Origin: an uncultured Alphaproteobacteria bacterium
GTDB taxonomy: Bacteria; Pseudomonadota; Alphaproteobacteria; UBA3830
Assembly: GCA_944390775.1 (NCBI GenBank)
Contig: CALXQQ010000015.1
Location: forward strand, 14,007-78,006
Direction of reading: 5' to 3'
Length of the DNA: 64,000 nucleotides
Part shown: in pieces, positions 9,633-20,283 of the stretch
Position numbering within the stretch: position 1 is the first letter of the stretch
Layout: the number at the start of each line of letters is the position of its first letter
The notes under the pieces: generated by a model
Database searches by the model: none
Told to the model about the DNA's origin: nothing
Seen by the model: the letters and a program-made list of their open reading frames with translations, nothing else
Position numbers and translations under genes: made by a program

Positions 9633-10490
9633 TTACCTTAGACCATGTTTCATAAAGTCGAAAAATTCCCCCGACGGAGATAAGACAAAAGCTGCATTCT
9701 TACTCGAAAATGCTGCCTTATAAGCATCAAGAGATTGGAAAAATTGAAAAAACTCTTTATCCTTGGAAAAAGCCTCTGTGTAAATCTTGTTGGCTTCTAG
9801 CTCTCCTTCTGCTATTAACTCCTGAACCTTCGCTGCCGCCTTAGCTAGCTCTATGGCGTTCTCTTTATCTGCCGTTGAGCGAATAATTTTAGAAATTTCC
9901 ACACCTTTCGCACGAAGCTCTTTCGCCTCTCTCTCACGTTCGCTGATCATACGTTTGCAGATAGCTTCACTATTTTGCGGAGGCAAATTTGTCTTACGAA
10001 TGCAAATATCAACAACTTCTAACCCAAATCCCTTAACAGCTTTGCTTACCTCACCACGAATGCGCGTCACCGTGTCACTACGTGAATCAGATAAAAGTGA
10101 AGATAACTCTATTTTTCCAAAGACACTGCTGAGGACTCCGAGCACAACAGGGTATAACCGCTTTTGTACCCCACTTTCATTATGAACGGATTGGAAAAAC
10201 TTCAGTGGATCTGAAATACGATAACAGCCAAACGCATCAACAATAACCCTACGTTTATCGCCAAGAGTAACCTCCAATGCTGACATTTCCACACTGATCA
10301 CACGTTTATCAAAAAATGCAACATCCTCAATGAACGGAACCTTAACATATAACCCCGGCTCCTTTAGCAACCGAACAGGATCACCAAAGCGTGTTATAAG
10401 AGCCTGCTGCATCTGATTAACTGTAAAAACACAGTCTGAAACAACTACAAAAGCAACTATTGCATATAAAATGGATCGAATAGCTCTCAT
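9633..10490 (-). CDS. hflC: Protease modulator HflC (SPFH/band-7)
   Basis: N-terminal TM plus an SPFH domain, paired with hflK by a 4-nt overlap. Confidence 0.85.
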   Translation of the reverse strand: MRAIRSILYAIVAFVVVSDCVFTVNQMQQALITRFGDPVRLLKEPGLYVKVPFIEDVAFFDKRVISVEMSALEVTLGDKRRVIVDAFGCYRISDPLKFFQSVHNESGVQKRLYPVVLGVLSSVFGKIELSSLLSDSRSDTVTRIRGEVSKAVKGFGLEVVDICIRKTNLPPQNSEAICKRMISEREREAKELRAKGVEISKIIRSTADKENAIELAKAAAKVQELIAEGELEANKIYTEAFSKDKEFFQFFQSLDAYKAAFSSKNAAFVLSPSGEFFDFMKHGLR

Positions 10491-11512
10491 ACCCCTGCTC
10501 CTTTACTCTTGTCATCTCCACTTTGAGCTGCAGCTAGCGGTAAAAGATATGGAACGGACTGAACATTACTATCTACCACTACTTTCTTAACATTCTTATA
10601 GAGATCTCTCATTGTGTCTATATACATTCGCTTAGCAACTACATCTGGAGCCAATTTGTACTGAGAATAGGCAGACAAAAACCGCGCAACATTGCCTCGA
10701 GCATTCTCTATTAATGCTTGCTTTTGCGCTTCGCCCTTATTCAAATTCTCAGCTATTTCTCCCCTAGTTCTTGCACGAGTATCTCTATCATAGGCCTCCG
10801 CTTTATTTTTTTCGCTTTGTTGCTCTGCCTGTGCTCGCTCCACATCTCTAAATGAGTCAATGACAGATGCTGGAGGATCAACCTTTCGTAAAGAAACCCT
10901 TATTATCTCTACGCCAGCATTATATTGATCCATAAGAGCTTGCATATCCTCTCTCGCCTTATTCTGAACTTCACTACATCCTTCTGTCTGAATATATGTG
11001 AATTTGTTGCTACCAACTATAGCACGCATAACACTCTCAGCTACTCCTCGAATAATCTTCTCCGGCCTACGTGTGTTAAAAATAAAACTTTCTATATCAT
11101 CTTCTTTAATCTTCCACAGTACGCTAAAGCTAACATTGGCCAAGTTTAAATCACCTGTAAGCATTAAACCTTCTTTGCTCTCGCTACTGGTAATATCAAT
11201 CTGATTGATACGAGTAGCTTTTTTCAAAATCATTCTCTCTATAGGAGATGGTAAAACATAACTCAATCCTGGCTCCAGTTTTCGCACACATTTACCAAAA
11301 CGCAGTACTACACCTTTTTCATCAGGCTGCACTTGATGAAAACCCGTCAAAGAATACAAAACAACCAATAGAACTAACACTTGCCGTTTATTAGCGAAAA
11401 AGTCTCGACCTTTTTTGAACCCGAAAAAGGAAAACATCTTGCTTTTCCAGTCTTCAATTTTATGAGAGTTTTTCCAAGGATCTTCATCATCCCAAGGATT
11501 CTTGACCACCAC
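10487..11512 (-). CDS. hflK: Protease modulator HflK (SPFH/band-7)
   Basis: NPWDDEDPW N-terminus, a TM segment, an SPFH domain and a coiled-coil with RAQAEQQSEKNKAEAY. Confidence 0.85.
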   Translation of the reverse strand: MVVKNPWDDEDPWKNSHKIEDWKSKMFSFFGFKKGRDFFANKRQVLVLLVVLYSLTGFHQVQPDEKGVVLRFGKCVRKLEPGLSYVLPSPIERMILKKATRINQIDITSSESKEGLMLTGDLNLANVSFSVLWKIKEDDIESFIFNTRRPEKIIRGVAESVMRAIVGSNKFTYIQTEGCSEVQNKAREDMQALMDQYNAGVEIIRVSLRKVDPPASVIDSFRDVERAQAEQQSEKNKAEAYDRDTRARTRGEIAENLNKGEAQKQALIENARGNVARFLSAYSQYKLAPDVVAKRMYIDTMRDLYKNVKKVVVDSNVQSVPYLLPLAAAQSGDDKSKGAGV

Positions 11513-11611
11513 TTCACTTCTCCTTAAGTAGACAGTGATGCAGCATATCAGACTTTACATAACAAAGCAATTTTACTAACATTTTGAAAGGAAAAATAAA
11601 GCGGAGCACTA

Positions 11612-12649
11612 ATGAAAGTCGCTGTTTGTGCCGGAGGTACTGGAGGGCATATCTACCCTGCGTGTGCACTATTGGATGCCTTGCACACCAAAGGACACGA
11701 GGGCAAATTAATCGTCGATAGCCGTGGCCTTCCTTTTTGTAAGGATATAGCTGACGTGGAAGCATTCCCAAGCATACGATTTGGATGGAACAGAGTATTG
11801 CAGAACTTTGGCAGCACCATAGTTATCATACTACGCATGCTGTTACTGTGCGTTCGATGGCGTCCTGATGTTATTGTAGGCTTTGGTGGTTTATTCACGA
11901 TTATCCCCATACTAGTGGCAAAATTATGTGGCACTAAAGTTGTGTTATACGAACAAAATGCTGTCATAGGTCGCGCGAATCGTTTGCTCAGCGCGATAGC
12001 TAATCTACGCGTTACAAGCTATGAACAAGCAAATGGCTGGAAAAAAATCTCAGCCTTAGTTCGGAAAGAATTTCTGAAAAAAGTTCCATACAAGTGTGAT
12101 GACAAGATTACAATTTTAGTGATGGGAGGCAGCCAAGGTGCTCGTTCGTTCTCAAGTATAATTCCCGAAGTGCTATCACGCTTAAGCGACACAACTCGTC
12201 GTAATCTTGAGTTAATTCAACAAGAGAGTTACGGCAATGTAGAAAAACTGCAACAAATTTACAAATCGATCGGCGTAAAAGCGACAGTAGAGCCTTACAT
12301 TGATGATGTAGCGAAAGTTATGAGCAGCTCCCAGTTGGTAATTTGCCGTGCTGGCGCATCTACCCTATCGGAATTATCGGCATTAGGACGACCAGCCATA
12401 CTAATCCCGTTCCCCTCTTCGGCGGAAAATCATCAGCTTTGCAATGCGACCTATTATAGCCGCAAAGGAAGTGCATGGGTGTTAGAAGAAAAAAAGTTTA
12501 TCGTTACAAGAATGGCCTCATTGTTGGATGAAATTTTTTCCAACAGAGAATTGCTTAAGACAGCTGCATCGAATATCATTGATAGCTCTGCAAGTACTGC
12601 AGCGGATAGCTTTATCGACTGTATAAAAATGGTTAGTGGACAGGAATGA
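11612..12649 (+). CDS. murG: UDP-N-acetylglucosamine--N-acetylmuramyl-(pentapeptide) pyrophosphoryl-undecaprenol GlcNAc transferase
   Basis: The GGTGGHIYPA motif, MGGSQGA and the C-terminal AGASTLSELSALGRPAILIP...HQ..NA are all present. Confidence 0.9.
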   Translation: MKVAVCAGGTGGHIYPACALLDALHTKGHEGKLIVDSRGLPFCKDIADVEAFPSIRFGWNRVLQNFGSTIVIILRMLLLCVRWRPDVIVGFGGLFTIIPILVAKLCGTKVVLYEQNAVIGRANRLLSAIANLRVTSYEQANGWKKISALVRKEFLKKVPYKCDDKITILVMGGSQGARSFSSIIPEVLSRLSDTTRRNLELIQQESYGNVEKLQQIYKSIGVKATVEPYIDDVAKVMSSSQLVICRAGASTLSELSALGRPAILIPFPSSAENHQLCNATYYSRKGSAWVLEEKKFIVTRMASLLDEIFSNRELLKTAASNIIDSSASTAADSFIDCIKMVSGQE

Positions 12650-14058
12650 AGGGTTTTGTGAGAAACGTTGGCACCATTCACTTTGTAGGAATCGGTGGCA
12701 TCGGCATGAGTGGCATTGCCAGTATTTTGGTTAATTTAGGCTATAAAGTTAGCGGAAGCGATTTGCATGCTAATTCTATGGTTGAAGGCTTAATGCGTAA
12801 AGGCGTCAACATTACCATAGGACATCATGCATCTAATGTGCATGGCGCATCTGTAGTAGTTATATCATCAGCAGTAATGCCAAATAATGTAGAAGTTCAA
12901 GAAGCGCGTCGACTAAAAATTCCCGTTGTACAACGAGCGGAAATGTTAGCAGAACTCATGAAAATGAAATCAGCAATAGCCATAGCGGGAAGTCATGGAA
13001 AGACAACAGTTACATCTCTTGTCTCCTCCCTATTAGATCAAGCCGGTCTTGATCCGACCGTAATAAATGGCGGCATAATCAACGCGTATAACAATAATGC
13101 ACGTCTCGGAAGCGGAGATTGGATGGTTGTCGAAGCCGATGAATCAGATGGATCATTCACGCGCTTGCATGCACAAATCGCTATTGTAACCAATATTGAT
13201 TTTGATCATGTCGACAATTTCAAAGATAGTGATGAATTACGCAATATGTTCATGACATTCATCGGCAATTTATCATTCTATGGTTTAGGCATTTTATGCA
13301 GCGACAATCCAGAAGTTGCTCGGCTTATATCGTCCATTATCGATAGACGCATTATTACGTATGGATTGCGCAGTCCCGCAGATATATCTGCAAACAATAT
13401 TGTGTTATCTGATAAAGGAGCGGAATTTGATGTAGTATTTTCAGAGGCAATAGTTGAGAAATATAATGTACCTTCGATATGGCCTAAAATCTGTCTTAAC
13501 ATGTTCGGAGAGCACAATGTGCAGAATGCTCTTTCGATTGTAGCAGTTGCTTTAGAACTTGGCATATCAGAAGAACATGTAAGAGTTGCACTAGAATCAT
13601 TTCGTGGAGTTAAACGTCGGTTTACAAAATTAGTGGACTGGCGCGGCATAACTGTTATAGATGACTATGCGCACCATCCCACAGAAATTAGCGCTGTAAT
13701 TAAGGCAATGCGTAGTTTATGTAAGGGAAAAATTATCGTTGTCATCCAGCCCCATCGATATAGTCGTTTACGTAATTTTATAGATGAGTTTGTGACTTCT
13801 CTAGAATTAAGTGATTATGCATTTATTACCCCTATTTATACCGCAGGAGAAGAACCCAATGGCTTGGACCATTTTTCACTGTTAAATCGTTTGCAAGAGC
13901 ACAATACTACACCAGCAGAATGTGTGCAGGACATAGATGATCTATGGGAAAAGATACAGCCTCTTCTCAAAGAAAATAATTCTATAATTTTCATGGGAGC
14001 AGGTGACATCACAAATTGGGCACATAAATTCTCAGAATACATTAAGGAAAGATTATAA
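12646..14058 (+). CDS. murC: UDP-N-acetylmuramate--L-alanine ligase
   Basis: IHFVGIGGIGMSGIA, GSHGKTTVTSL and the DDYAHHPTEI motifs are present. Confidence 0.9.
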   Translation: MKGFVRNVGTIHFVGIGGIGMSGIASILVNLGYKVSGSDLHANSMVEGLMRKGVNITIGHHASNVHGASVVVISSAVMPNNVEVQEARRLKIPVVQRAEMLAELMKMKSAIAIAGSHGKTTVTSLVSSLLDQAGLDPTVINGGIINAYNNNARLGSGDWMVVEADESDGSFTRLHAQIAIVTNIDFDHVDNFKDSDELRNMFMTFIGNLSFYGLGILCSDNPEVARLISSIIDRRIITYGLRSPADISANNIVLSDKGAEFDVVFSEAIVEKYNVPSIWPKICLNMFGEHNVQNALSIVAVALELGISEEHVRVALESFRGVKRRFTKLVDWRGITVIDDYAHHPTEISAVIKAMRSLCKGKIIVVIQPHRYSRLRNFIDEFVTSLELSDYAFITPIYTAGEEPNGLDHFSLLNRLQEHNTTPAECVQDIDDLWEKIQPLLKENNSIIFMGAGDITNWAHKFSEYIKERL

Positions 14059-14951
14059 TGACACTGCCCATGATAGCCGTCCGAGGACAATTGTTGCAGA
14101 ATGCATCCCTAAAAAAGATGTCACGTCTGGGAGTAGGCGGATGTGCTGACTACCTGTTCACGCCAGAAGACATGGATGACCTTGTAACATTCTTACGTAA
14201 ATTACCAGATGATATACCTATTACAGTATTGGGCGCTATGTCTAATGTGCTAGTCCGTTCTGGAGGCATACGTGGCGTTGTAATCATGCTTGGATCATGG
14301 TTCAAAAACATATATGAAGAAAATGGAATTTTAGAAGCAGGGGCAGCTCTGTCGTGTGCAGAATTATCCGTTTTTGCTGTAGACCATAATCTTGGCGGAT
14401 TGGAATTTTTGATGGGAATCCCCGGCTCCATCGGTGGAGCAATTCGTATGAATGCCGGATGCTATGGAGCAGAAATATTCGATATACTTCAGGAATATGA
14501 ATCTATCACTCCCGATGGAAGTGTTAAATGGGTAAAAGCCAACCAGGTAGAGCATGGGTATCGTTATACTAATCTGCCAGAAGGACATATCATAACAAGA
14601 GCCTGGTTCAAGGCTAATGTAGGAGTTGACTATTCAATTTCCAGAAAGTTACATGAGATAGCTGAAGCACGTCGCAATTCTCAACCCTTGGACAAAAGAT
14701 CTTGCGGCTCTGCTTTCAAGAATCCTGCAGGAATGAAAGCATGGCAATTAATATCGGATGCTGGATGTCGCGGAATGCGCTTAGGCGGTGCTCTTGTGTC
14801 CGAGAAGCATTGTAATTTTATCGTAAATGATGGTAATGCTACGCCAGAAGATATCGAAAAACTTGGTGAACAAATCATTGAAAAGGTGTACGATAAATTC
14901 GGCATAAAGCTCGAATGGGAGATTATCCGTATTGGTGAAAGGAGCCATTGA
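14058..14951 (+). CDS. murB: UDP-N-acetylenolpyruvoylglucosamine reductase
   Basis: FAD-binding domain (VLGAMSNVLV, IPGSIGGAIRMNAGCYG), catalytic SCGSAFKNP, and SEKHCNFIVN. Confidence 0.9.
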   Translation: MTLPMIAVRGQLLQNASLKKMSRLGVGGCADYLFTPEDMDDLVTFLRKLPDDIPITVLGAMSNVLVRSGGIRGVVIMLGSWFKNIYEENGILEAGAALSCAELSVFAVDHNLGGLEFLMGIPGSIGGAIRMNAGCYGAEIFDILQEYESITPDGSVKWVKANQVEHGYRYTNLPEGHIITRAWFKANVGVDYSISRKLHEIAEARRNSQPLDKRSCGSAFKNPAGMKAWQLISDAGCRGMRLGGALVSEKHCNFIVNDGNATPEDIEKLGEQIIEKVYDKFGIKLEWEIIRIGERSH

Positions 14952-15666
14952 TCTACCTGTGCAAATACGTACGATTTTCAAAAGCAGTTTATTTTGGGCA
15001 ACTTCATTCATTGTAAGCGTTGCTATTAGTATGTATTTTTGCAGGGAACAAATTTCTCGGGTTAGAAACAATCATTTTTGTGTTAAAAAAGTTGTGTTCG
15101 ATGGTAATGATCGAGTATCAGATGTTTTACTGTTAAAAGCTTCAGGCATTCGATATCACAGCAATATTTTTGCAATAGACTTATGGAAGGTAAAACAAAA
15201 ATTGGAAAATGTCGCCTGGGTACGCTCTTCAAGCATACAGCGTAGACTGCCTAATTTACTATACATTCGATTAACAGAACGTGTCCCGATAGCTATTTTG
15301 CAATCAAAACACAAACTTTACTTAGTAGACAATGAAGGAAAAATTCTAGAATACGATGGGATTGGTGACTTTAAAAATCTACCAATTATTATAGGAGAAG
15401 GAGCAGAACAAGAAGCAGCTCATTTATTATCGATTCTTGAAAAATTCCCACAGTTTAAAAAGCAACTCGTATTTGCTATGTGGATTAGCAAGCGTCGTTG
15501 GAACATAAAGCTCAATAAAGGCGTATTAGTTAAATTACCTGAACGCAATTTAACACGTGCCTTGACAATTTTAGGAGAAATCGCGGATCGCAATGGTTTT
15601 TTCAAACCTGATATTTCCGCGTTAGATTTACGATTATTAGATAGAGTAGTGATTTCTAGAAAATGA
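14932..15666 (+). CDS. ftsQ: Cell division protein FtsQ
   Basis: A single TM (LFWATSFIVSVAISMYF) is followed by a POTRA-like segment VKKVVFDGNDRVSDVLLLKASGI. The gene sits between murB and ftsA. The TTG/GTG start overlaps the murB 3' end. Confidence 0.8.
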   Translation: MVKGAIDLPVQIRTIFKSSLFWATSFIVSVAISMYFCREQISRVRNNHFCVKKVVFDGNDRVSDVLLLKASGIRYHSNIFAIDLWKVKQKLENVAWVRSSSIQRRLPNLLYIRLTERVPIAILQSKHKLYLVDNEGKILEYDGIGDFKNLPIIIGEGAEQEAAHLLSILEKFPQFKKQLVFAMWISKRRWNIKLNKGVLVKLPERNLTRALTILGEIADRNGFFKPDISALDLRLLDRVVISRK

Positions 15667-16892
15667 AAAACAAAAGCATAATTACAGTTATAGATATCGG
15701 CTCAACAAAGGTATGTTGTTGTATTGCACACATTGCAGAAAATGGCCAATTCCAACTTATAGGAATTGGACACTGTGGCTGCACCGGAGTGCGCGCCGGA
15801 TTAATCATTGATATAGATTCTGTAAAAAAGTCTATAGCATTAGCTGTAGAAGATGCAGAAAAAATGGCGAATGTACAAGTGCAATCAGTTTATGTAAGCG
15901 TATCTGGACAGAACATTCGTTCACAATTTGTTGATTTGTCACTCAATATCGGCGGCAGAGTTATTTGCGAAGATGATATTGCATACATTGCAGAACAATG
16001 TACGAAAAATGTAGAGCAAGACGAAGTAATTCATGTAATTCCGGTTACTTATTCTTTAGACTCACTATCAAATATTCGCAATCCAATAGGCATGGTTTCT
16101 CAAAAATTAAGTGCAGTTGTGAATATCGTAACCATTCCTTCAGAACAGTTACAAAACATCATTATGTGTTTATCTCACTGTCATCTGGAATTATTGGACG
16201 TTATATCATCTGCATATGCTGCAGGTTTATGGGCAGTTGATGATACCGACGCTAATCATATAGTATTAGATTTAGGCGGAGGCACGACAAATATTGCATT
16301 TTTTTACCAGGGAGTATTTTGCGGAGCCGGTGTTCTGTCTCTCGGAGGAAAACATATAACAAAAGATATAGCCTATGGTCTTGGCATTTCATATGAAAGC
16401 GCAGAAAGATTAAAGACATTATACGGATCTGCTGTTGTGTCTATCGCAGATGAATCAGATATGATGGTCGTTCCTGTTATTGAAGAAGACGGGGTAATTA
16501 CTTTTCAAAATGTACCAAAAGCCGTACTTAATCGCATAGTCCACGCTCGCGTCAGTGAAATTTTTGAACGCATAAAAGACTATATAGACAAATCGAAATT
16601 TCATTCTGATTTTGCAACCGACATTATACTAACTGGTGGCTGGAGTCATCTTACCGGAATTCAAGATTATGCTGCTAATTTATTGAAAAAACGTGTTATT
16701 ATAAAAAACACAACAAAAAATCCGAGTAATTTAAGCATGCCAATAACGAACAGTTTTGCGGTGTGCTTAGGCATGATCAAGTTCATTCAATCTGCGGAGA
16801 ATGCTCAAATCGGATCTGAAAGGAAAAAAAATCAAAAAAAGAAAAACAATATCCTGCAAAAAGCGCTTCATTGGCTTAACAATAACTTGTAA
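15663..16892 (+). CDS. ftsA: Cell division protein FtsA
   Basis: Actin-like fold motifs are present (VIDIGSTKVCC, LDLGGGTTNIAFF). The C-terminus is an amphipathic membrane-targeting helix (ILQKALHWLNNNL). Confidence 0.9.
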   Translation: MKNKSIITVIDIGSTKVCCCIAHIAENGQFQLIGIGHCGCTGVRAGLIIDIDSVKKSIALAVEDAEKMANVQVQSVYVSVSGQNIRSQFVDLSLNIGGRVICEDDIAYIAEQCTKNVEQDEVIHVIPVTYSLDSLSNIRNPIGMVSQKLSAVVNIVTIPSEQLQNIIMCLSHCHLELLDVISSAYAAGLWAVDDTDANHIVLDLGGGTTNIAFFYQGVFCGAGVLSLGGKHITKDIAYGLGISYESAERLKTLYGSAVVSIADESDMMVVPVIEEDGVITFQNVPKAVLNRIVHARVSEIFERIKDYIDKSKFHSDFATDIILTGGWSHLTGIQDYAANLLKKRVIIKNTTKNPSNLSMPITNSFAVCLGMIKFIQSAENAQIGSERKKNQKKKNNILQKALHWLNNNL

Positions 16893-16943
16893 TTAATGCG
16901 AACAGCGTATAAAATCAACTACCGGAGAGTGTAGGATTATGAG

Positions 16944-18329
16944 ATGGCGATAGCAGAAGAGGTAAATATCAATAACATAGCAGATATGGGCGCTCAACGA
17001 GATTTTTTTGAAACAGATCGAGATGCAAGTGCTTATCTAAAACCAAAAATTACGGTATTTGGAGTAGGTGGCGCTGGAGGCAATGCCGTTAACAATATGA
17101 TTCAATCTGGTCTTGAAGGGGTAGATTTTGTCGTAGCGAATACGGATGCTCAAGCACTTTTGCAGTCTTTATGTGAAAGGCGCGTACAGCTTGGTCTTGA
17201 AATCACTTGTGGGCTTGGCGCAGGTGCTCGTCCGGACGTTGGACGTGCAGCAGCTGAAGAAGCTATAGATGATTTAGTAAGCTATGTAAAAAATAGCAAT
17301 ATGGTATTTATTACGGCAGGCATGGGAGGCGGAACGGGAACAGGAGCCGCACCGGTTATCGCTCGCATAGCGAAAGAGCATGGTGTTTTAACAATTGGTG
17401 TTGTGACGAAACCTTTCCATTTTGAAGGCACGAATCGCATGCGCACTGCGGAAAAAGGCATTGATGAGCTGCAACGCTATGTAGATACACTCATTGTAAT
17501 TCCCAATCAGAATTTGTTCCGTGTTGCGACTGAAAAAACCACTTTTGCCGATGCATTCAAAATGGCAGACGATGTATTGAGATCAGGCGTGCAAGGTGTA
17601 ACTGATTTGATGGTCATGCCTGGCCTAATCAACCTAGATTTCGCAGACATCAAGACTGTCATGAGCGAAATGGGCAAAGCAATGATGGGAACTGGCGATG
17701 CAGAAGGAGAAAGAAGAGCTATCGAAGCAGCCGAAGCTGCCATTTCCAATCCTTTGTTAGATGATGTGTCGATGAAAGGCGCGCGCGGCATTCTAATCAA
17801 CATCACCGGTGGCTATGACATGACGCTGTATGAGGTAGATGAAGCTGCTAACAGAATTAGAGAGGAAGTCGATCCAGAGGCCAACATTATTTTTGGATCA
17901 ACTTTCAATGAAGCACTGAATGGTCGCATGAGAGTATCTGTTGTTGCTACAGGCATTGATGCCGCTGCTGTCCGTGAAAAACTCAACAGACTAGACGGAT
18001 CTTCAAACTCTGATTCCACCCCAAAAATGGAAAAAGACAACGAAGCTCGCATCAGTGAGTCAGAAATGGTTGCGGAAAAAGTTGAGAGGACAGCGCCGGA
18101 AATTAGCGTAATCGCTGGAGATGCTGGCTCCGCAGAACATCATACCACGAAGAAAAAGCGTTCGTTTTTTGAACGTATCACTGGGGGGGCTTTTTCGTCT
18201 GCGAGACATGAAGCAACAAATTCAGCTGCGGTCTCCCAAACAAAGGTTCAAGTGAACGCTGTATCGCAGGGAAAACGAGCGCAAGAAGAAGAATTGGAGA
18301 TTCCTGCTTTTTTGCGACGTAACTCCTAA
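16944..18329 (+). CDS. ftsZ: Cell division GTPase FtsZ
   Basis: [13 protein letters not shown], the tubulin signature [15 protein letters not shown], and the conserved C-terminal peptide [11 protein letters not shown]. Confidence 0.95.
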   Translation: MAIAEEVNINNIADMGAQRDFFETDRDASAYLKPKITVFGVGGAGGNAVNNMIQSGLEGVDFVVANTDAQALLQSLCERRVQLGLEITCGLGAGARPDVGRAAAEEAIDDLVSYVKNSNMVFITAGMGGGTGTGAAPVIARIAKEHGVLTIGVVTKPFHFEGTNRMRTAEKGIDELQRYVDTLIVIPNQNLFRVATEKTTFADAFKMADDVLRSGVQGVTDLMVMPGLINLDFADIKTVMSEMGKAMMGTGDAEGERRAIEAAEAAISNPLLDDVSMKGARGILINITGGYDMTLYEVDEAANRIREEVDPEANIIFGSTFNEALNGRMRVSVVATGIDAAAVREKLNRLDGSSNSDSTPKMEKDNEARISESEMVAEKVERTAPEISVIAGDAGSAEHHTTKKKRSFFERITGGAFSSARHEATNSAAVSQTKVQVNAVSQGKRAQEEELEIPAFLRRNS

Positions 18330-18413
18330 GAGTGTGATTGCGATTTTACGTACACTGTGTTAGAATATCTCTCGCCGTTGTGTAATTTGATTCGGTGATT
18401 TTATAAAAAAGAA

Positions 18414-18490
18414 AGGGGCGTAGCTCAATTGGCTAGAGTAGCGGTCTCCAAAACCGCCGGTTGGGGGTTCGAGTCCCTCCGCCCCTGCCA
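18414..18490 (+). tRNA. trnW: tRNA-Trp (anticodon CCA)
   Basis: The cloverleaf was folded by hand: acceptor AGGGGCG/CGCCCCT, anticodon loop CTCCAAA, T-loop TTCGAGT, and an encoded 3' CCA. It has the conserved position upstream of secE-nusG. Confidence 0.9.
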
Positions 18491-18508
18491 GAGTTGAAAG
18501 GTATTGGT

Positions 18509-18694
18509 ATGATTAGTCCGGTTGAATTTGTAAGTCAAGTTAAGCGGGAAATGCAACGTGTTACTTGGCCAACCAAAAAGGAAACTGTTGGTATGACTGT
18601 CGCTGTCATCCTGATGATGATATTTGCGATGATATACTTTTTCATATCAGATTTTGTAATTTTAACTTGTTTAAACAAAATACTGAATGGTTAG
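18509..18694 (+). CDS. secE: Preprotein translocase subunit SecE
   Basis: 61 aa with VKREMQRVTWPTKKET followed by one TM. It follows the tRNA-Trp-secE-nusG synteny. The start is taken at ATG 18509, because the ORF-track start overlaps the tRNA. Confidence 0.85.
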   Translation: MISPVEFVSQVKREMQRVTWPTKKETVGMTVAVILMMIFAMIYFFISDFVILTCLNKILNG

Positions 18695-18706
18695 GAGATT
18701 TTTGCA

Positions 18707-19234
18707 GTGAAATGGTATGTAGTTAACGTATATTCGGGCGCGGAGCAGAAGGTACGAGAACAGATTTTAGAACTAGCGGAACGCAGAGGTATGAGTTCCA
18801 TGTTTGGCGAAATCCTCATACCTGTAGAAAATGTTATGGAAGTTAAAAAAGGGGTAAAGGTAGAAACCACGAAGCAATTTTTTCCAGGATACATACTTGT
18901 ACAGATGGATTTGACAGACGAGAGTTGGCATCTTGTAAGGGCAGTTCCTAAAGTTTCAGGTTTTCTTGGAGCTCGAGGCAACCCTCAGCCTGTATCAGCA
19001 GCTGAGGTGAAGAGAATTGTTGAGAAGGTAGAGGATAGTGCTAATAACTTCCGTAATGCGATATGTTATGAGGTTGGCGATACTGTAACGATCTGTGATG
19101 GTCCATTTACTTCATTCCAAGGAGTTGTTGAGGAAGTTGACCAGGAGAAAGAGCGCGTTAAAGTATCTGTATCGATTTTTGGACGCCCCACCAATGTCGA
19201 TTTGAGTTTCTCACAAGTTGAGAAAGTTTTATAG
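18707..19234 (+). CDS. nusG: Transcription termination/antitermination factor NusG
   Basis: MKWYVVNVYSGAEQKV is the NGN domain. The C-terminus is a KOW domain (GDTVTICDGPFTSFQGVVEEV). The start codon is GTG. Confidence 0.92.
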   Translation: MKWYVVNVYSGAEQKVREQILELAERRGMSSMFGEILIPVENVMEVKKGVKVETTKQFFPGYILVQMDLTDESWHLVRAVPKVSGFLGARGNPQPVSAAEVKRIVEKVEDSANNFRNAICYEVGDTVTICDGPFTSFQGVVEEVDQEKERVKVSVSIFGRPTNVDLSFSQVEKVL

Positions 19235-19295
19235 CTATAGGGTATTGTTTATTTGGTGAGTTGTTGATATAAGGATTGAGAAAGGACGGAGTACG

Positions 19296-19760
19296 ATGAG
19301 GACATTTTCTCTTAAACCGGCTCAAATGAAAAAAGAGTGGGTTTTGATTGATGCGAAAGACATGATTTTGGGACGTTTATCTGCCGTTATAGCGGCACGT
19401 TTGCGCGGCAAGCATCGTCCGGATTTTACACCACATGTAGATTGTGGGGATTATGTTGTGGTTGTTAATGCAGACAAAGTGCAAGTAACGGGAGACAAGC
19501 TAGAAACCCATAAGTTTTTCTGGCATACAGGTTATCCTGGCGGCATCAAAGAGCGTTCGCTGAAGGCCTGTTTGACTGGCAAGCATCCGGAAAGAGCTTT
19601 AGCGAAAGCTGTTGAGCGCATGTTACCTAAGAATGCTCTTGGTCGGAAAATACTGAAAAATTTGAAAGTTTATTGTGGAGGAGAGCATCCACATGCTGCG
19701 CAAAATCCGAAGTTACTGGATGTTGCTGCTGCAAATAGTAAAAATGTGAAGAGAGGATAG
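19296..19760 (+). CDS. rplM: 50S ribosomal protein L13
   Basis: [28 protein letters not shown]...[12 protein letters not shown]. Confidence 0.95.
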   Translation: MRTFSLKPAQMKKEWVLIDAKDMILGRLSAVIAARLRGKHRPDFTPHVDCGDYVVVVNADKVQVTGDKLETHKFFWHTGYPGGIKERSLKACLTGKHPERALAKAVERMLPKNALGRKILKNLKVYCGGEHPHAAQNPKLLDVAAANSKNVKRG

Positions 19761-19761
19761 A

Positions 19762-20190
19762 ATGGTCACTACCGAAGAAAAATTAGAGAGCAAGGTTGAT
19801 GCGTTAGGGCGCACATATGGAACAGGTTCTCGTAAGGAATCAGTTGCGCGCGTGTGGTTAAAACCTGGCAATGGAGATATCGTTGTCAATGGCCGCAAAA
19901 TGTTTGATTATTTTAAGCGCTCCGTGTTGCAAGCGATCGTATTGCAGCCGTTTTCTATTTCTGGGCGTGTTGGCCGTTATGACGTATTTTGCACAGTGCG
20001 TGGCGGAGGATTATCCGGTCAAGCAGGAGCTGTTCGTCATGGCATTAGCCGTGCGCTGGTTGATTACGAACCAGAGTTAAGGCAACCTCTCAAAAAGGCA
20101 GGCATGATGACTCGTGATAGCCGTACTGTAGAGCGCAAGAAGTATGGATTGATGAAAGCTCGTCGTAGCTTCCAATTCTCTAAGAGATAA
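19762..20190 (+). CDS. rpsI: 30S ribosomal protein S9
   Basis: [26 protein letters not shown] and the C-terminus [18 protein letters not shown]. Confidence 0.95.
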   Translation: MVTTEEKLESKVDALGRTYGTGSRKESVARVWLKPGNGDIVVNGRKMFDYFKRSVLQAIVLQPFSISGRVGRYDVFCTVRGGGLSGQAGAVRHGISRALVDYEPELRQPLKKAGMMTRDSRTVERKKYGLMKARRSFQFSKR

Positions 20191-20283
20191 GTTTTTCAAA
20201 CGGAGTGTCTATTGTGAAAGTTGCTCCTGTTGTTATGGAGGGGTATTGTGCTTAGTGTTAGAATACCCCAACAGTCTTCTATT

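Noticed and set aside
11514-11771. 85-aa - strand ORF spanning the hflK-murG spacer
   Set aside because: It overlaps the murG 5' end in antisense. It is Arg/Leu/His-rich, has no signal or motif, and is probably spurious.
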